Source of the DNA: a virus
Strand: one strand, 5' to 3'
Length of the DNA: 64,000 nt
IMG/VR virus record: IMGVR_UViG_3300049855_000239
Span: 8,699 to 72,698 of that record
Of the stretch, positions 1-8,362 are shown piece by piece. The notes under the pieces are model-generated. The model was given only the letters and a program-made list of their open reading frames with translations, was not told the DNA's origin and ran no database searches. Numbering within the stretch: position 1 is the first letter of the stretch; every line of letters begins with the position of its first letter. The position numbers were made by a program, and so were the translations under genes.

Positions 1-2
1 TG

Positions 3-164
3 GTAAAAGGAATGGCAACTAGATTAAATATTGAGATTAGAGACAAAAATGAGGCAGATCTTTTTAATGATGAGATTAAACTAAATCCAACAATCATGCA
101 GAAAGTAAATCCATTTATAGGCAAGCCAAAACTTGATCCTAAAATCACAAAAAAACTAAAATAG
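3..164 (+). CDS. 3' end of a hypothetical ORF running in from outside the window; stop lies just before the first attC-like site
   Basis: Open frame VKGMATRLNIEIRD...KITKKLK then TAG at 162-164, followed by ctgcagcTAAC. Confidence 0.5.
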   Translation, partial: VKGMATRLNIEIRDKNEADLFNDEIKLNPTIMQKVNPFIGKPKLDPKITKKLK

Positions 165-168
165 CTGC

Positions 169-298
169 AGCTAACACAGTATTTAAGAAACCTAGGGCTA
201 TATGAATTATTATTCATTATTCACATTTCATTAGTTTTTAGCGGTGGAGAATTTCGTCTCCGTCAATCCCTAAGTTTCTTAAATACATTGCGTTAGCG
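169..298. repeat. attC-like hairpin E1
   Basis: agcTAAC-aca-GTATTTAAGAAACCTAGGG ... CCCTAAGTTTCTTAAATAC-attgc-GTTAgcg; internal GCGGTGGAGA motif. Confidence 0.8.
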
Positions 299-934
299 GA
301 AACCGTGAGGACATTCAACACGATCGAAACTGTAAACCCAAACCCACGGATTTAGATCCCAACTATCATTTCCATTAATTTTTTGCCAAAGCGACCTATA
401 AGACCTTTGGGCATTTGAACACCATACCGATGGGTCTTTATTGGTATAGCATACAAAATTTCTTGGACTAAATCTGCAATTCTCGACACCTTCGCTTATC
501 GCATCTATTTCTGAAATGTCGTTTAGCCTTTCGACTCTAACATTTGTAACTTTTAGAAATAACCGACAAGCCTCTTTTGGCATAAATAGGCTTGGTTTCC
601 ATTTAGCAGACTCACAGCCAGATTTTATATATTCTTGTCTTAATTCTTCTCCTGAACTCCCTGTATCTGCCCTGTAATGCCAATAATTACGATGATACGT
701 ATGTGTTTCTCTGACCCAAATAATATCACCAATTTTGACTGGCGATTTCGATAAAGTTTCATCCCAATTTCCTAACGGAACATTATCTTTCAAAGTTCGT
801 CTTGTTTGGGTCTTGCTTCCATTTAATAATGCTCTGACCATCAGAGTTGAAAAAAGCATCGGTCTAAAAACGGCATCCGCTAACACTGTATTTGATAAAT
901 CAGGGGCGGTATTGGCTTTGGTTGCTGTATTCAT
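293..934 (-). CDS. ASCH/PUA-like phage protein (cassette gene)
   Basis: RPMLFSTLMVRALLNGSKTQTRR, WKPSLFMP, VRVERLNDIS, WDLNPWVWV motifs; likely ATG at 934 inside hairpin E2; stop TAA inside the core of E1. Confidence 0.7.
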   Translation of the reverse strand: MNTATKANTAPDLSNTVLADAVFRPMLFSTLMVRALLNGSKTQTRRTLKDNVPLGNWDETLSKSPVKIGDIIWVRETHTYHRNYWHYRADTGSSGEELRQEYIKSGCESAKWKPSLFMPKEACRLFLKVTNVRVERLNDISEIDAISEGVENCRFSPRNFVCYTNKDPSVWCSNAQRSYRSLWQKINGNDSWDLNPWVWVYSFDRVECPHGFR

Positions 935-1008
935 TTTAGTTTCTATTTTTACGGTGGAGAGTTCCGCCTCCGTCACTCCCTAGTTTTCTTGAACACCTGT
1001 CGTTATAT
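878..1008. repeat. attC-like hairpin E2 (chimeric arms)
   Basis: cgcTAAC 878-884 ... GTTAtat 1002-1008; left ~60 bp identical to E6; internal ACGGTGGAGA. Confidence 0.75.
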
Positions 1009-1037
1009 GATAGTTTAAAATAGCAGCACAAACATGT

Positions 1038-1487
1038 TTAATACTCATCAGGTGCTTTGTTTTTCCAACTACTTGAACTATTCTGCATACGCAAACCTCT
1101 TAAATATCTTGAAGCACATGCAAGTTCACACATCAAAATCCACGCTCTTTCGTTTGGAGAAGAAAAATTCTTTCGTCTTTTCATCTTGTTTTTTTCTTCC
1201 TCTGATAATGCTTCAAAAGCGACACATTCATCGTATCTACGTTCTAGTTCTTTCCAGCAGTCAATATATGGCATCCATTGCTTATGTTGAATCATTACCT
1301 TTTCAATTTGAGGTCTTAAATCAGGCAATTTTCTGAGCATCCTTACACATCGACCAACATCAGAAATATCATGCGGTACATCACATTCCCCAGTTGGTAT
1401 TCCTGTAATAGCAGCAAACATTGTTTTTGAAGAAATGCCAGTATCTCTACTTGCTAACCATTCCATCCATTCTTTTTTAACTTCCAT
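1038..1487 (-). CDS. hypothetical phage protein (cassette gene)
   Basis: 149-aa ORF with DTGISSKTM...PHDISDVGRC motif, bounded by cassette ends. Confidence 0.7.
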   Translation of the reverse strand: MEVKKEWMEWLASRDTGISSKTMFAAITGIPTGECDVPHDISDVGRCVRMLRKLPDLRPQIEKVMIQHKQWMPYIDCWKELERRYDECVAFEALSEEEKNKMKRRKNFSSPNERAWILMCELACASRYLRGLRMQNSSSSWKNKAPDEY

Positions 1488-1524
1488 ATTATTAATTTAT
1501 TGCGTTGTAAATAAAAAACCAATC

Positions 1525-1611
1525 ATATAACACTATGTTTCTGATATGGGCGATAAAGTACTGGTAGTTCGGAATTTCCGAATGCCCACATCAGAAACAT
1601 TTACGTTATGC
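1525..1611. repeat. attC-like hairpin E3 (short)
   Basis: ataTAAC-act-ATGTTTCTGATATGGGC ... GCCCACATCAGAAACAT-ttac-GTTAtgc. Confidence 0.8.
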
Positions 1612-1617
1612 ACAATG

Positions 1618-1884
1618 CTATAATGACGGCAATCCGAGCGAAGAACGTACTTTAGCTTCTGCCAGATTTTTGATAAAATCGCTATCTGAAAGAATCTCTT
1701 TTGCTTTTGCTGCAATCATTTCCTTGAAGTTTAATTCTTGCATTGCCTTATCTAGCCCTTCCCGTAATGCACCTTCTACACACCAATCTAATGCACTTTC
1801 AAAAGCATTTGCCTTATTGGACATAAAAGACTTTTGAAAGTATTCTGTCAATGCCCTTTGAATGTCAGGCATATGAGTTTGCAT
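1618..1884 (-). CDS. hypothetical protein (cassette region)
   Basis: 88-aa helical ORF between E3 and half-site E4. Confidence 0.6.
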   Translation of the reverse strand: MQTHMPDIQRALTEYFQKSFMSNKANAFESALDWCVEGALREGLDKAMQELNFKEMIAAKAKEILSDSDFIKNLAEAKVRSSLGLPSL

Positions 1885-1919
1885 TATATTAGCTTCATTT
1901 GCATTAGTTTACTTTTTGT

Positions 1920-1979
1920 ACGGTTGATACATTCGGCTTCGTTACTCCCGAAAAAGCGTGAATAAGTGTCTCGTTAGGC
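1920..1979. repeat. attC-like right half-site E4
   Basis: ACGGTTGATACATTCGGCTTCG ... tcGTTAggc; no matching left TAAC arm found. Confidence 0.6.
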
Positions 1980-1985
1980 GAAATA

Positions 1986-2171
1986 TTAAAAATCACCATC
2001 CTCTAACCCACGAATAACGAAACAAACGAAAGAATAGATTATTGACAAGATGCCACAAAAAAACAATACTTTCAAATGCCCTGTACTTGAAACATTAAAG
2101 CATATAATTAACCCTAAGCCGATAATGAATAATTTGTCAATGATTTTCATGTTGATAAAATTAAAATACAT
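1986..2171 (-). CDS. small two-TM membrane protein (cassette gene)
   Basis: Two hydrophobic segments; fills cassette 1973-2180. Confidence 0.55.
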   Translation of the reverse strand: MYFNFINMKIIDKLFIIGLGLIICFNVSSTGHLKVLFFCGILSIIYSFVCFVIRGLEDGDF

Positions 2172-2173
2172 TC

Positions 2174-2304
2174 GCCTAACACAGTACTTATAAAACTGTG
2201 GGCTTTTTTGGTTATTGTTACTTTACTGCGCTCCACTCGCTTTTTTGCGGTGGATAGTGGCGTGGTCTTAAATCCCACAGCTTTAAAAGTACGTGCCGTT
2301 ACCT
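2174..2304. repeat. attC-like hairpin E5
   Basis: gccTAAC-aca-GTACTTATAAAACTGTGGG ... CCCACAGCTTTAAAAGTAC-gtgcc-GTTAcct; near-identical to E11. Confidence 0.8.
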
Positions 2305-2305
2305 G

Positions 2306-2692
2306 CTATTTTGCAGACGAGTACCATTCAAATTCCTCATCCATTAATTGATAAGTTGTTTTCGCTTTACCACATTGCAAATCTTTTAAATAAGCAACGC
2401 ATCTTTGTTTAGGTGTCGGTTGTTGATAATTTTCATTTTTACCATCATTTACAGGATAAACCATATAGGTTGTTGCAATATTTTCAAACCAATCAAAAAG
2501 CTTTCCACCACCTAAATCAAATAAATGTCCGAATAAGCAATTTTTACCATCTTTTGTTTTTACTATATCTGTACACCAACTTTCCTCCGTTGTATTTTCC
2601 ATGTAAGTAATAATCACATCTAAAGAAAAAACAGCAGGTAACACTGTATTTGATAAATCAGGGGCGGTATTGGCTTTGGTTGCTGTATTCAT
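2306..2692 (-). CDS. hypothetical phage protein (cassette gene; first 18 aa encoded by hairpin E6)
   Basis: 128-aa ORF; N-terminus MNTATKANTAPDLSNTVL is identical to that of the 293..934 gene. Confidence 0.7.
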   Translation of the reverse strand: MNTATKANTAPDLSNTVLPAVFSLDVIITYMENTTEESWCTDIVKTKDGKNCLFGHLFDLGGGKLFDWFENIATTYMVYPVNDGKNENYQQPTPKQRCVAYLKDLQCGKAKTTYQLMDEEFEWYSSAK

Positions 2693-2766
2693 TTTAGTTA
2701 TTGTTTTTACGGTAGATAAATTCGGCTTCGAAAAGCCCCTGTTTTCTCAAATACTTAGCGTTAGCT
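2636..2766. repeat. attC-like hairpin E6
   Basis: aggTAAC-act-GTATTTGATAAATCAGGGGC ... GCCCCTGTTTTCTCAAATAC-ttagc-GTTAgct. Confidence 0.8.
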
Positions 2767-2767
2767 G

Positions 2768-3103
2768 CTATACTAACTGACGCCAAGTTTTACCACTATT
2801 GAATATTGGGCTTTTTTCGTCAACTAAATTAAGCTTACCAATTAGTTCATGTGCTTGTTGTTTTGATATTTTGCATTTGCCATAATTATCGGAATCATAA
2901 ACTTTTACAAGAGTATATTCATCATTCCACTGGCTTATACTCCAGAAATTATTATCCCACAGTTTTACACATTTATCAATATCGACTTTGCAAGATACTG
3001 TATTTGGAAATGTCAAAAGCACCTCTGTTAAAATAACAGTACAGCAGCTAACACTATGTTCTCGAACTTGTGGCGTTTTTTCAATCTTGATATTATTTTT
3101 CAT
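2768..3103 (-). CDS. hypothetical protein (cassette gene; probable start inside hairpin E7)
   Basis: ORF track 2768..3181 reads through E7; internal ATG at 3103 preceded by A-rich sequence. Confidence 0.55.
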   Translation of the reverse strand: MKNNIKIEKTPQVREHSVSCCTVILTEVLLTFPNTVSCKVDIDKCVKLWDNNFWSISQWNDEYTLVKVYDSDNYGKCKISKQQAHELIGKLNLVDEKSPIFNSGKTWRQLV

Positions 3104-3177
3104 GTCATTTACATTTTTACGGGTGATACTTTCGTGGACTTTACATGCCACAACTTCGTGAACATTTAGCGTTAGTT
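3046..3177. repeat. attC-like hairpin E7
   Basis: agcTAAC-act-ATGTTCTCGAACTTGTGGC ... GCCACAACTTCGTGAACAT-ttagc-GTTAgtt. Confidence 0.8.
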
Positions 3178-3588
3178 TCAATCTTGTAAAACGAGTTCTT
3201 CGCCAACAAGAGCAAAATATAAGTTCTGTAACTGGTGTACAAATTCAATCAATCTTAAACATGTACCTCGAAACCAAAATTCATTTCCAATAAAATATAT
3301 GTCATGATTTTCATCAAAATACCACATCTCGAAATCTTCTGAAATAAATCCAAACCGTTTCTTCCAGTTATTATCTAATGATATAGGGATAATTTCAACC
3401 AAATTACCATCCTTTATATGATATTCAACATGAAGGATGTTTTCTGGATGAGCAAATATATGAACTTCATCATCTCTAATTTCGACAACATTAAAATGAC
3501 AGTTAATATATTCTTCCTCTTCTAATTCTTTCTTAACTTCTTCGTTTATGAAGACAATATTCCCAAATCTTAACTCATTTACTTTCAT
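3178..3588 (-). CDS. YopX-like Bacteroidota phage protein
   Basis: NELRFGN...PISL...FGF...IEFVHQLQNLYFALVGEEL pattern. Confidence 0.65.
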   Translation of the reverse strand: MKVNELRFGNIVFINEEVKKELEEEEYINCHFNVVEIRDDEVHIFAHPENILHVEYHIKDGNLVEIIPISLDNNWKKRFGFISEDFEMWYFDENHDIYFIGNEFWFRGTCLRLIEFVHQLQNLYFALVGEELVLQD

Positions 3589-3616
3589 GGTTTTATGGTT
3601 ACGGTTGACAAAAAAA

Positions 3617-3673
3617 AGACTAAAACTACGGTGGATTTATTCGGCTTCGAAAAGCCCCTGTTTTCTCAAATAC
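3617..3673. repeat. truncated attC-like remnant E8
   Basis: ACGGTGGA followed by 3640-3673, identical to the E6 right arm 2721-2754; cut off where the 97-bp repeat starts. Confidence 0.65.
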
Positions 3674-3770
3674 TCTTTAAATACAGTGCAAATGTAGCAT
3701 TTAAATAATCTAAAAAAAATATTATTTTGATTTTTTATTTATCTTTTTAGTGCTTACATTTGTTCCACTA
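3674..3770. promoter_or_regulatory. divergent promoter block, copy 1 of a perfect 97-bp inverted repeat
   Basis: TACATTTG on - strand (3689-3696) and + strand (3755-3762); exact reverse complement of 9192-9288. Confidence 0.8.
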
Positions 3771-3952
3771 CATTTGTGGCATATTAAGACAACGATTATG
3801 ACAGTAAAATTTAAAACAGTCCCTACAACCTTATTGGTTATTTTTTTAATTGACCACATAAGCCAATCATTTACAAGTCACGTTACTAATTATCCTTATT
3901 GGGTTGTTTTGATTTTGTTTATGATATATTCAAAATTTGACTAAATAAGATT

Positions 3953-4318
3953 ATGAATTTACAACTATCATTAATTAATAGGTGGTTTATAAAAACCGAA
4001 ATAGGCGAGAAATTAGAGGACTATCGGGAACTAACGCCTTATTGGTATGCTAGATTATGTTTGTATGATGGCAAAAAACAACCTAAAAGTTTTTGGGAAT
4101 TTGCGCCAAGAACTAGCTTTAATTTTGATTCTAATAAAGTTACGTTTAAGAAATTCGAAGCAAACATTATGACATTAGGCTATCCTAAATCAACCGACAC
4201 AGATCGAATACTAAAATATAAACACGCTGGAATTGAAATAAGAACTGGTAATCCTAATTGGGGCGCAGAAGAAGGTAAATTATACTTTGTAATCAAGCAT
4301 GGAGAAAAGATACGGTAA
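3953..4318 (+). CDS. ASCH domain protein
   Basis: LQLSLINRWF...GEKLEDYRELTPYW...LGYPK...GNPNWGAEEGKLYFVI. Confidence 0.7.
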   Translation: MNLQLSLINRWFIKTEIGEKLEDYRELTPYWYARLCLYDGKKQPKSFWEFAPRTSFNFDSNKVTFKKFEANIMTLGYPKSTDTDRILKYKHAGIEIRTGNPNWGAEEGKLYFVIKHGEKIR

Positions 4319-4937
4319 TTGCGTATGTCACAATAGATATTCTAGTTTGAATGCTAAAGGTCTATGTCCAGAAGGCGCACGTGAGCGACATAAAAAGAGT
4401 GCCGAAAGTAAAGGATTTAAAGTAAAAGAATATGGAATTGATAGAAACACCAAAACAGAGGCTATTCAGGATAAAGAGTTTAGTTTTGAAGGAAATGGAG
4501 TTAAGGGAGAAACTACTTTCAAAAAGGCCAAAATCAACCGTGTTTCTGAAAACAAGGCAAAAGAAAACGCAGAATTGGCAAGACTTAAAAAGGCAAAGAT
4601 ATTAGAGTTAGGCGAAAAGTGCGAAATGTGTCCTAGACATGGAAGTGTTGATTTATTTCACATCATCGGAGTAGGGGATAAAACCCACGCTACTAATCCA
4701 AAAAACTTACTTCTTTCATGTCGCTGGTGCCATCTTATTTGGGGTGCAAACGACTTCGAAAAGATACTCAAATTCAATAATTTTGATGATATAATGAACC
4801 GATTGAAAGATTTGGATTCTGGTAAATATTGGAAGTTTAGGCACAAGATAGAAAAGCATGTAATTGAAAAGTATTTCGAGACAAAAGACAAAACAGATAT
4901 GAATAGGCTAGGTATAAAATTTGTGAGTCCATTATGA
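4299..4937 (+). CDS. HNH-type Zn-binding nuclease
   Basis: CEMC...DLFHIIG...NPKNLLLSCRWCH. Confidence 0.65.
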   Translation: MEKRYGNCVCHNRYSSLNAKGLCPEGARERHKKSAESKGFKVKEYGIDRNTKTEAIQDKEFSFEGNGVKGETTFKKAKINRVSENKAKENAELARLKKAKILELGEKCEMCPRHGSVDLFHIIGVGDKTHATNPKNLLLSCRWCHLIWGANDFEKILKFNNFDDIMNRLKDLDSGKYWKFRHKIEKHVIEKYFETKDKTDMNRLGIKFVSPL

Positions 4938-5260
4938 ACATTATTTTCATTTGTACTGCAAATAGGGATAGAAGCAGAACCGAAGAAATATATTTTCAAA
5001 ACAAATATCCTGAACATCGTTTTCGATCTGCTGGTATTAACAAGTATTTGAGCGAACGACACGGAGGTATTCACGTAAAAGCCTACATGTTAGATATTGC
5101 TGACCGTATTATTTGCGCTGAACATATTCATTCTGATTGGATAGTACGAAACATAAACAAAAAGTACCTAGATAAAATATAAGTATTAGAACTGGCCGAT
5201 ACTGGTACTTTTATGAGCAAAAGTTTAATAGATCGATTAGAAAGTAAGTTTAAAATATGA
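4934..5260 (+). pseudogene. low-molecular-weight protein tyrosine phosphatase (LMW-PTP/ArsC fold) with in-frame TAA at 5180-5182
   Basis: P-loop FICTANRDRS, SAG, ADRIIC; frame continues VLELADTGTFMSKSLIDRLESKFKI to TGA 5258-5260, overlapping the next ATG. Confidence 0.7.
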
Positions 5261-5607
5261 ACCACCCAGAAAGCGACTTACAAGCAAATTGTATAAAATG
5301 GTTTAGATACCAATACCCGCAACTAAAACTATGTTTGTTTAATGTGCCAAATGGATCAAAAAGAAGCAAGTCTCAACAAGCTATACTTAAAAAGGAAGGT
5401 GCTATTTCTGGAGTTTCTGACATTATTTTATTGGTGCCAAATAGCGAGTTCAATTCTTTATGTTTAGAAGCTAAGATTAAGCCTAATAAACAATCAGAAT
5501 CGCAAATTGAATTCGAAAAGGCCGTTACTAATTTTGGTAATTGTTATAAGGTATTTTACTCATTTGAAGAGTTTAGAAGTATTGTTACTAGTTATTTATC
5601 TTCTTAG
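5257..5607 (+). CDS. VRR-NUC nuclease
   Basis: ESDLQANCIKWFRYQYP...VPNG...GVSDIIL...LEAK...QSESQIEF. Confidence 0.8.
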   Translation: MNHPESDLQANCIKWFRYQYPQLKLCLFNVPNGSKRSKSQQAILKKEGAISGVSDIILLVPNSEFNSLCLEAKIKPNKQSESQIEFEKAVTNFGNCYKVFYSFEEFRSIVTSYLSS

Positions 5608-5654
5608 TTTATACTTGCTTTAGATTTGAAGTTCATGTTTAAGAAATAGTATTA

Positions 5655-5684
5655 CCACAGCTTTATAAGTACGTGCCGTTATAA
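5655..5684. repeat. attC-like right-arm remnant E9
   Basis: CCACAGCTTTATAAGTACGTGCCGTTA, identical to the right arm of E11. Confidence 0.65.
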
Positions 5685-5690
5685 GCCATT

Positions 5691-6062
5691 TTAAGAAGCA
5701 GATTCATAATAAAGATTTTTACCTCCTAATTGATAGTAGCAATCAAGAAGGGATTTTTTGGCTTCTTCTTTTATCCATTCTGTCTTGTGACCTAGATATG
5801 CTACATCAATATCTATCCATAATATTTCGGGTAGTTTAGCCCATATATTTTCATTATCTAATAACTCTTTTGCAAAACGTCCCATTCCATCCCAACTTTT
5901 AGTTTTTTCGTTGGTTTTTAATTCATCTGCACTTTTTATAGGTAATTCCAAATCCTCGCCTATATGGTTTGCTACTTTATAAATCTCAAACACTTCTTGA
6001 TGTATTTGAATACAGTTTGACCTCATTGTGTCAAAATCAATTATTGGTTTTTTACTTTCCAT
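5691..6062 (-). CDS. hypothetical protein (cassette gene)
   Basis: 123-aa ORF filling cassette 5678-6115. Confidence 0.65.
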   Translation of the reverse strand: MESKKPIIDFDTMRSNCIQIHQEVFEIYKVANHIGEDLELPIKSADELKTNEKTKSWDGMGRFAKELLDNENIWAKLPEILWIDIDVAYLGHKTEWIKEEAKKSLLDCYYQLGGKNLYYESAS

Positions 6063-6108
6063 GTTTTAATTAAATTAAATTGTTATAATTAGTGCAAATA
6101 AAAACGGC

Positions 6109-6238
6109 TTATAACGTTGTATTTTCGCACTTAATGGCATTCTGGTTTACATCACTTCACTTGCATTCATTCAGGCTACTACAGTGGATAAATTCGACTC
6201 TGTTCATCCATTAAATGCGTAAATAGTCTTCGTTAGGT
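6109..6238. repeat. attC-like hairpin E10
   Basis: ttaTAAC...TATTTTCGCACTTAATGG ... CCATTAAATGCGTAAATA...GTTAggt; internal ACAGTGGATAAATTCG. Confidence 0.8.
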
Positions 6239-6244
6239 GAAAAA

Positions 6245-6622
6245 CTAAGAGTCAAGGCAAGTTCTAACCTTTGCTCTTAATTCAGCTCCTTTTGGGTCGT
6301 TTTCTAAATGTGAACTGACTTCTTCGAGTAAGTCAATCATTTCCTTTATCCATTTTGGATGTTCTAAAATTTCAGATTCTTTGTCTTGATAATTGTCTAA
6401 TAAAATGCCCAAATTTAACGGAACTATAAAAGATCTGTCAGGTATTTTTTTAGCCACATCAGCAATTTCTTCATTTGCTCGTGTGGTATCATATCCATCA
6501 TTTTCTTTTATAATTTCTTCAAGTGAGTTAAGATATTCTCTTACTTCGTTCAGTTCTTTTTCGGTGCATTTTGCGACCGTTAATTGTTTTACTACAGTTG
6601 GCATAATCAAGAAGTTCTTCAC
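6245..6622 (-). CDS. hypothetical protein (cassette gene)
   Basis: 125-aa ORF filling cassette 6232-6627. Confidence 0.65.
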   Translation of the reverse strand: MKNFLIMPTVVKQLTVAKCTEKELNEVREYLNSLEEIIKENDGYDTTRANEEIADVAKKIPDRSFIVPLNLGILLDNYQDKESEILEHPKWIKEMIDLLEEVSSHLENDPKGAELRAKVRTCLDS

Positions 6623-6751
6623 CTAACACAGTACTTATAAAACTGTGGGTTTTTTGGGTTGTTGTTACATTTTTGCGCTCCACTCACTTTTTGGCGGTGG
6701 ATAGTGGCGTGGTCATTACTCCCACAGCTTTATAAGTACGTGCCGTTAGCG
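6621..6751. repeat. attC-like hairpin E11
   Basis: accTAAC-aca-GTACTTATAAAACTGTGGG ... CCCACAGCTTTATAAGTAC-gtgcc-GTTAgcg. Confidence 0.8.
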
Positions 6752-6757
6752 GAAACC

Positions 6758-7021
6758 TTAAAACCTTCTAGGCATTTTAAGGTAATCGCAACAAAAGTTT
6801 GATACAACTTCAAATGTTGATTGAAGTTTGCTTTTGCCAATTTCATTTGGTTTTTGAGCAACAACACCGCTTCCATCATCAAATTTGGTTATCATTATTC
6901 CTCCACATGTAATACTGAATTGATATTCCTCCCCTTTTTCTTTGTCAGTAGGGAGGTTTTCTATTTTTTCAATTACTGGCATCAGTAAATCCATACTTTC
7001 ATTAAAAGCAAGTTTGCCCAT
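6758..7021 (-). CDS. hypothetical phage protein, possibly N-terminally truncated
   Basis: FNESMDLLMPVIEKIE motif resembles the C-terminal half of a Bacteroidota phage family. Confidence 0.55.
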   Translation of the reverse strand: MGKLAFNESMDLLMPVIEKIENLPTDKEKGEEYQFSITCGGIMITKFDDGSGVVAQKPNEIGKSKLQSTFEVVSNFCCDYLKMPRRF

Positions 7022-7150
7022 GTGTCCATTTCTGGTTAACGCTTTGAATCAAATAGCAAGTGGCTTTTATTTATTCCCATCCTATTCAATCGGTTCATTT
7101 TAATTGAGACTCCAATCTTTACATTGGCTCAAATAAAGGCTAAAAATGAC

Positions 7151-7187
7151 AAAAGCCTAGATCTCGGGGGGAGCAATCTAGGCTTTT
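7151..7187. terminator. hairpin with T-tracts on both strands
   Basis: AAAAGCCTAGAT-ctcggggggagca-ATCTAGGCTTTT. Confidence 0.6.
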
Positions 7188-7294
7188 ATTTAAAAAACTG
7201 GCTTGGTATTCACTTCTGCCATTATCTTTAATTGTGCTAATTATTCCCCCGAACAATCACAGTGTAAAATTACAAATAATTTCTAAATTGCAAT

Positions 7295-7810
7295 ATGAAC
7301 GCAAAAATAAATAAAATATTGGCCGAAGTTGGCAAGGTAGTGGTAATAGTAGCAGGCTTCTATTTATTATTATGTTTGTACGATTGCACCCGAACTAAAC
7401 AAAAGCCTATCAAGGGTAAAGAAAAGGTAGTAAAGCAAACGCATACCCAAAAGGCCGATACGGTATTAGTTCATGATACATTACTGGTCTATTCAAAGCC
7501 TAAAACAATAATCAAGTGGAAATATAAACCTATCGAATTCGAGAGGTTTAACTATTGCGATTCGACTACTATTCAAACCGACACAATAACCAAGGAAGGC
7601 GTAAAAGTTGCGATACTAGACACTATTAGAAACAATTCAGTAGTAGGGAGGCAAACGCAAATTATTAGCGCAAATCAAATAATAACCAATACGTCAATAG
7701 ATTCAATTTTTACCGTTCGAGTTGACACGATTTATGTTAGGAAAAACAACGGGATGCTTTGTGCTACATGCTTTGGTGCTGGATTTGTTTTAGGTAGTTT
7801 TACAAAATAA
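7295..7810 (+). CDS. membrane-anchored protein (possibly lysis/spanin-related)
   Basis: N-terminal TM, repeated DT(I/V) motifs, hydrophobic C-terminus. Confidence 0.5.
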   Translation: MNAKINKILAEVGKVVVIVAGFYLLLCLYDCTRTKQKPIKGKEKVVKQTHTQKADTVLVHDTLLVYSKPKTIIKWKYKPIEFERFNYCDSTTIQTDTITKEGVKVAILDTIRNNSVVGRQTQIISANQIITNTSIDSIFTVRVDTIYVRKNNGMLCATCFGAGFVLGSFTK

Positions 7811-7986
7811 CTCAATCATTGTCTATAACGAATTTCACTCCGAAAATAGTAACTTTTCGGAGTGAAGATTTTTTATATTATTGTAATCCGTGTTTTTGCG
7901 CTTCGCATAATTGGCTATCGTTTCTAGTCCTAAATACTTTCCAAGTAGTTCAATTTCATGACACGGATGTTATATGCTATAAAGCA

Positions 7987-8334
7987 TTACCACTTGTTAT
8001 TTTTAATTAAATGTAGCAGGTATTCAAGCACTATATCTTGGACAATATTATCATATCGTTTTAGATATTTTCGTTTACTATTCAAATAAGATTTTACCTT
8101 ATTTTCTGCCCATTTTTCAGGATGAGAACTATAAAGAAGACTGTCAAAATCTAGCTTCAAAACTCTACAAATACCAAGCAATGTATATTCATCAGGTACA
8201 CATTCCCCTGATTCTATTTTAGAAATTGCTTGTTTTGTAACTTTTGCCATGCCACCAAGGCTTTCTTGTGTCATGTTTCTAGCCTTCCTAGCTTCTTTTA
8301 TAATGGTTGTTATTTCAACTTTTTCAGGAAACAT
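7987..8334 (-). CDS. XRE-family HTH regulator
   Basis: IKEARKARNMTQESLG...VTKQAISKIESG. Confidence 0.8.
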   Translation of the reverse strand: MFPEKVEITTIIKEARKARNMTQESLGGMAKVTKQAISKIESGECVPDEYTLLGICRVLKLDFDSLLYSSHPEKWAENKVKSYLNSKRKYLKRYDNIVQDIVLEYLLHLIKNNKW

Positions 8335-8362
8335 AGTAAATAGGATTAAAATAAAACTTTGC

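Noticed and set aside
7823-7975. Possible additional attC-like site (TATAAC...GTTATA with internal hairpin TTCACTCCGAAAA/TTTTCGGAGTGAA)
   Set aside because: Arms next to the two cores do not pair, the internal motif is absent and cassette ends do not match; more likely a terminator between convergent genes or a decayed site.
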